Of a DNA stretch of 64,000 nucleotides, positions 61,891 through 64,000 are shown one piece after another. This stretch comes from Felis catus (taxonomy: Eukaryota). Location: positions 22,694,001 to 22,758,000 of the forward strand of contig NC_058368.1 of NCBI RefSeq assembly GCF_018350175.1, read 5' to 3'. The notes under the pieces were generated by a model that was not told the DNA's origin, made no database searches, and worked only from the letters and a program-made list of their open reading frames with translations. Position 1 is the stretch's first letter. Each line of letters starts with the position of its first letter. Made by a program: the position numbers and the translations under genes.

Positions 61891-62904
61891 CCGTGGAGGC
61901 ATAGGAGGAATCACCGAAAACCTTTATTTTAAGCCGGAAGGTATTGCTCCGCTCAGCCCCGGAAACAGGTTTTTAGCCGCTGAAAACTTTCCAAGCGCCC
62001 CGCCTTGGCCGAGGAGGAACTTCCTGTCTGAGTTGGAAGGCGAGTTCAGAGCGAACTTTTTGTTTTTGTTCTTTGGGAAGTTACATAAAATGTCAGAACA
62101 ACTCGAGTCCAGGATTGTCACAAAATGCATGTCACAGCGCTGCCTCGTACCGCGCTTGGCGACTTAGTCTTTCTTAGAGGTGAATGAAACTGCTTAGGCT
62201 TGACGCTCTTTCCCCCCAGACTCGAATGACAGGCACTGTTTAATGTTTACTGAGCCTCCTGGCTTTGCACACTTCTAGTACCAAGTTCCTGCTTGGCTTT
62301 ACACCTTTCTGCGCAGTGGTACTGAGTTAAGTCAGTTTCGTGACTCCTGAGGCTACTTGGAACGGTTTTTGACGATGTCATTACTGTGCCTTGTAATCTT
62401 ATATGGTGTGCTGATACGGACATTTGGGGGCTAGTAAGTAGAAGAAGCACTTACTATCAGGGAATCTGAGTACTCTAGGTGAAAGGTAATCTATTTCCCA
62501 GGGCATTAGGCAGTGTGTACATGTTATTAAGTAGTAAGTAAAGGCAATTGAAATGATACGTTCTTGCACACCCCACTTCCACCATGCAGGCCTCTTTGGG
62601 CCCAAGTGGGCCTCCAGCCTGGAGCCTAGGCATTTGCTAATTACGCCATCCTCAAAGCCCACTTTCCTCGTCCACCCAATGTGTATGGCACCCACCTTCA
62701 TTCAAGCCTCAATTGCCTTCACTTTAGAGAGGTGGCTTCCTCATTTAAAATGGCCACTGCTGGCTGTCTCTCCAGCCTCTTACCCTGTTGTTCTCTTTGG
62801 CTCTGTAGCACTTACCACTGTCTGATATTATGTATTTGTATGTGTATGCTCTGTCTCCCTTATATTCAGAGCGTATTTTGTACTGAATTCTCAATGTGAA
62901 TTCA

Positions 62905-63155
62905 CGCATTCATTCGACAAATATTGAGTGACTACCTTGCATCAGGTCGTGTCCAGGTGTTTGGGATATGTACGTGAACAAAATAGACAAAGATCTCTTC
63001 CCTCTGGAGCTTAATGTTCTAGAGAAGAATGATTGACAATAAACATATTTGATTATCGTGTTAGAAAATTGTGCTATGAAAAATGAAAAAGGAGAGCAGG
63101 GAAAGAGGCCTGAGAGTACAGGTGTGGGTTGCAATTTTATAGAGGATGGTTATGG
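62905..63155 (-). mobile_element. L2 3' fragment
   Basis: cattcattcgacaaatattgagtgactac...gtgaacaaaatagacaaagatctcttccctctggagctt. Confidence 0.78.
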
Positions 63156-64000
63156 TGGATGCTTTTCTTTATTTGAAACTGGGTTGAAGATTCACCAGTA
63201 TGATGTCATGCTTTAAGGTATTAAATTATTGCTCTTAGAGATTTCTGAATGAACCAGGCAAGACTTAGACAAAGAGGCTGATAGATAGTAAGGTGTGTTT
63301 TTCCTTTGGGTCCTTTACTTCAGAAGGGTACAAACACTGTGTTTAAACATCAAAAACTATTAATCTGGAGCTATACATTTAGGGTACTTATGGGGTTTGT
63401 CTGTCTTTAGGAGTTTGTCATGTTTAATTTTGGTTTTATCACTTGGTTAAAGTGAAATTACAATGCCCCTAAGATACCACTACTTTTGAAGTTTACTGGA
63501 GTTGTATTGGTATAAACCAAAATAGACCAGACGAGAGATTTGAGACCAGGAGTGGAATTATCAGGGTTGCAGAATGACATCAAAGATTCCCATTTGGGGC
63601 TGCATGGGGATATTTACTTCAAAGGAGCAGATAGCTTGCCTTTCTGAAAGGGATATTTATAGTGTCCTTCAGTGGAAGGCAGATGTCCTTCTCACTTTCA
63701 TTATCCAGAAGGAATATGTGCCTAGTTCACATGGTGATCCCATCTTAACAATATGAGAGGAAACTTAAGGGATAGTAGGGTTTTTTTCCAGCATTTATCT
63801 GACAACGAAGCATGTGTCTTATGTGTCTTCAGCCTTACTAATCTAACCTGAGCTATTATCTATTATGTATATCTCTCCATGGAAGACGTTTTGAGCTAAC
63901 AAGTACCAGTGGATAACAGATAGTAAGTAAATCATAAATAGTGATCACATTATATGTTCTGTATTGTAATGAATGTATATGATACTGAACAAAATGAATC

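Overview
Mammalian genomic DNA from a felid (cat family), judged from about 17 tRNA-derived CAN-SINEs of the felid SINEC_Fc type and felid-type LINE-1s. I can support no host protein-coding exon, RNA gene or CRISPR array; the window looks intergenic. Positions 1-27.5 kb are comparatively repeat-poor unique sequence with ancient repeats (MIR, L2, MaLR LTRs, hAT elements, HAL1) and several enhancer-like motif clusters. Positions 27.5-49 kb are almost all nested retrotransposons, centred on a full-length (~7.0 kb) but inactivated LINE-1 on the minus strand (28036-35072). A CpG island at ~60.9-61.9 kb carries a probable + strand first exon ending at a GAG|GTAAGG donor (61276|61277); the gene cannot be named with confidence. 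I found no convincing new biological system. The best leads are a CTCF/NRF1/YY1 motif cluster inside the L1 5'UTR, two opposite-strand L1 insertions that appear to share one nick position, three close head-to-head SINE pairs, an unclassified ~770-bp insert splitting an ancient L1, and a 27-bp palindrome upstream of the CpG island. Repeat family names come from recalled consensus sequences, not a database search, and boundaries of old repeats are approximate.
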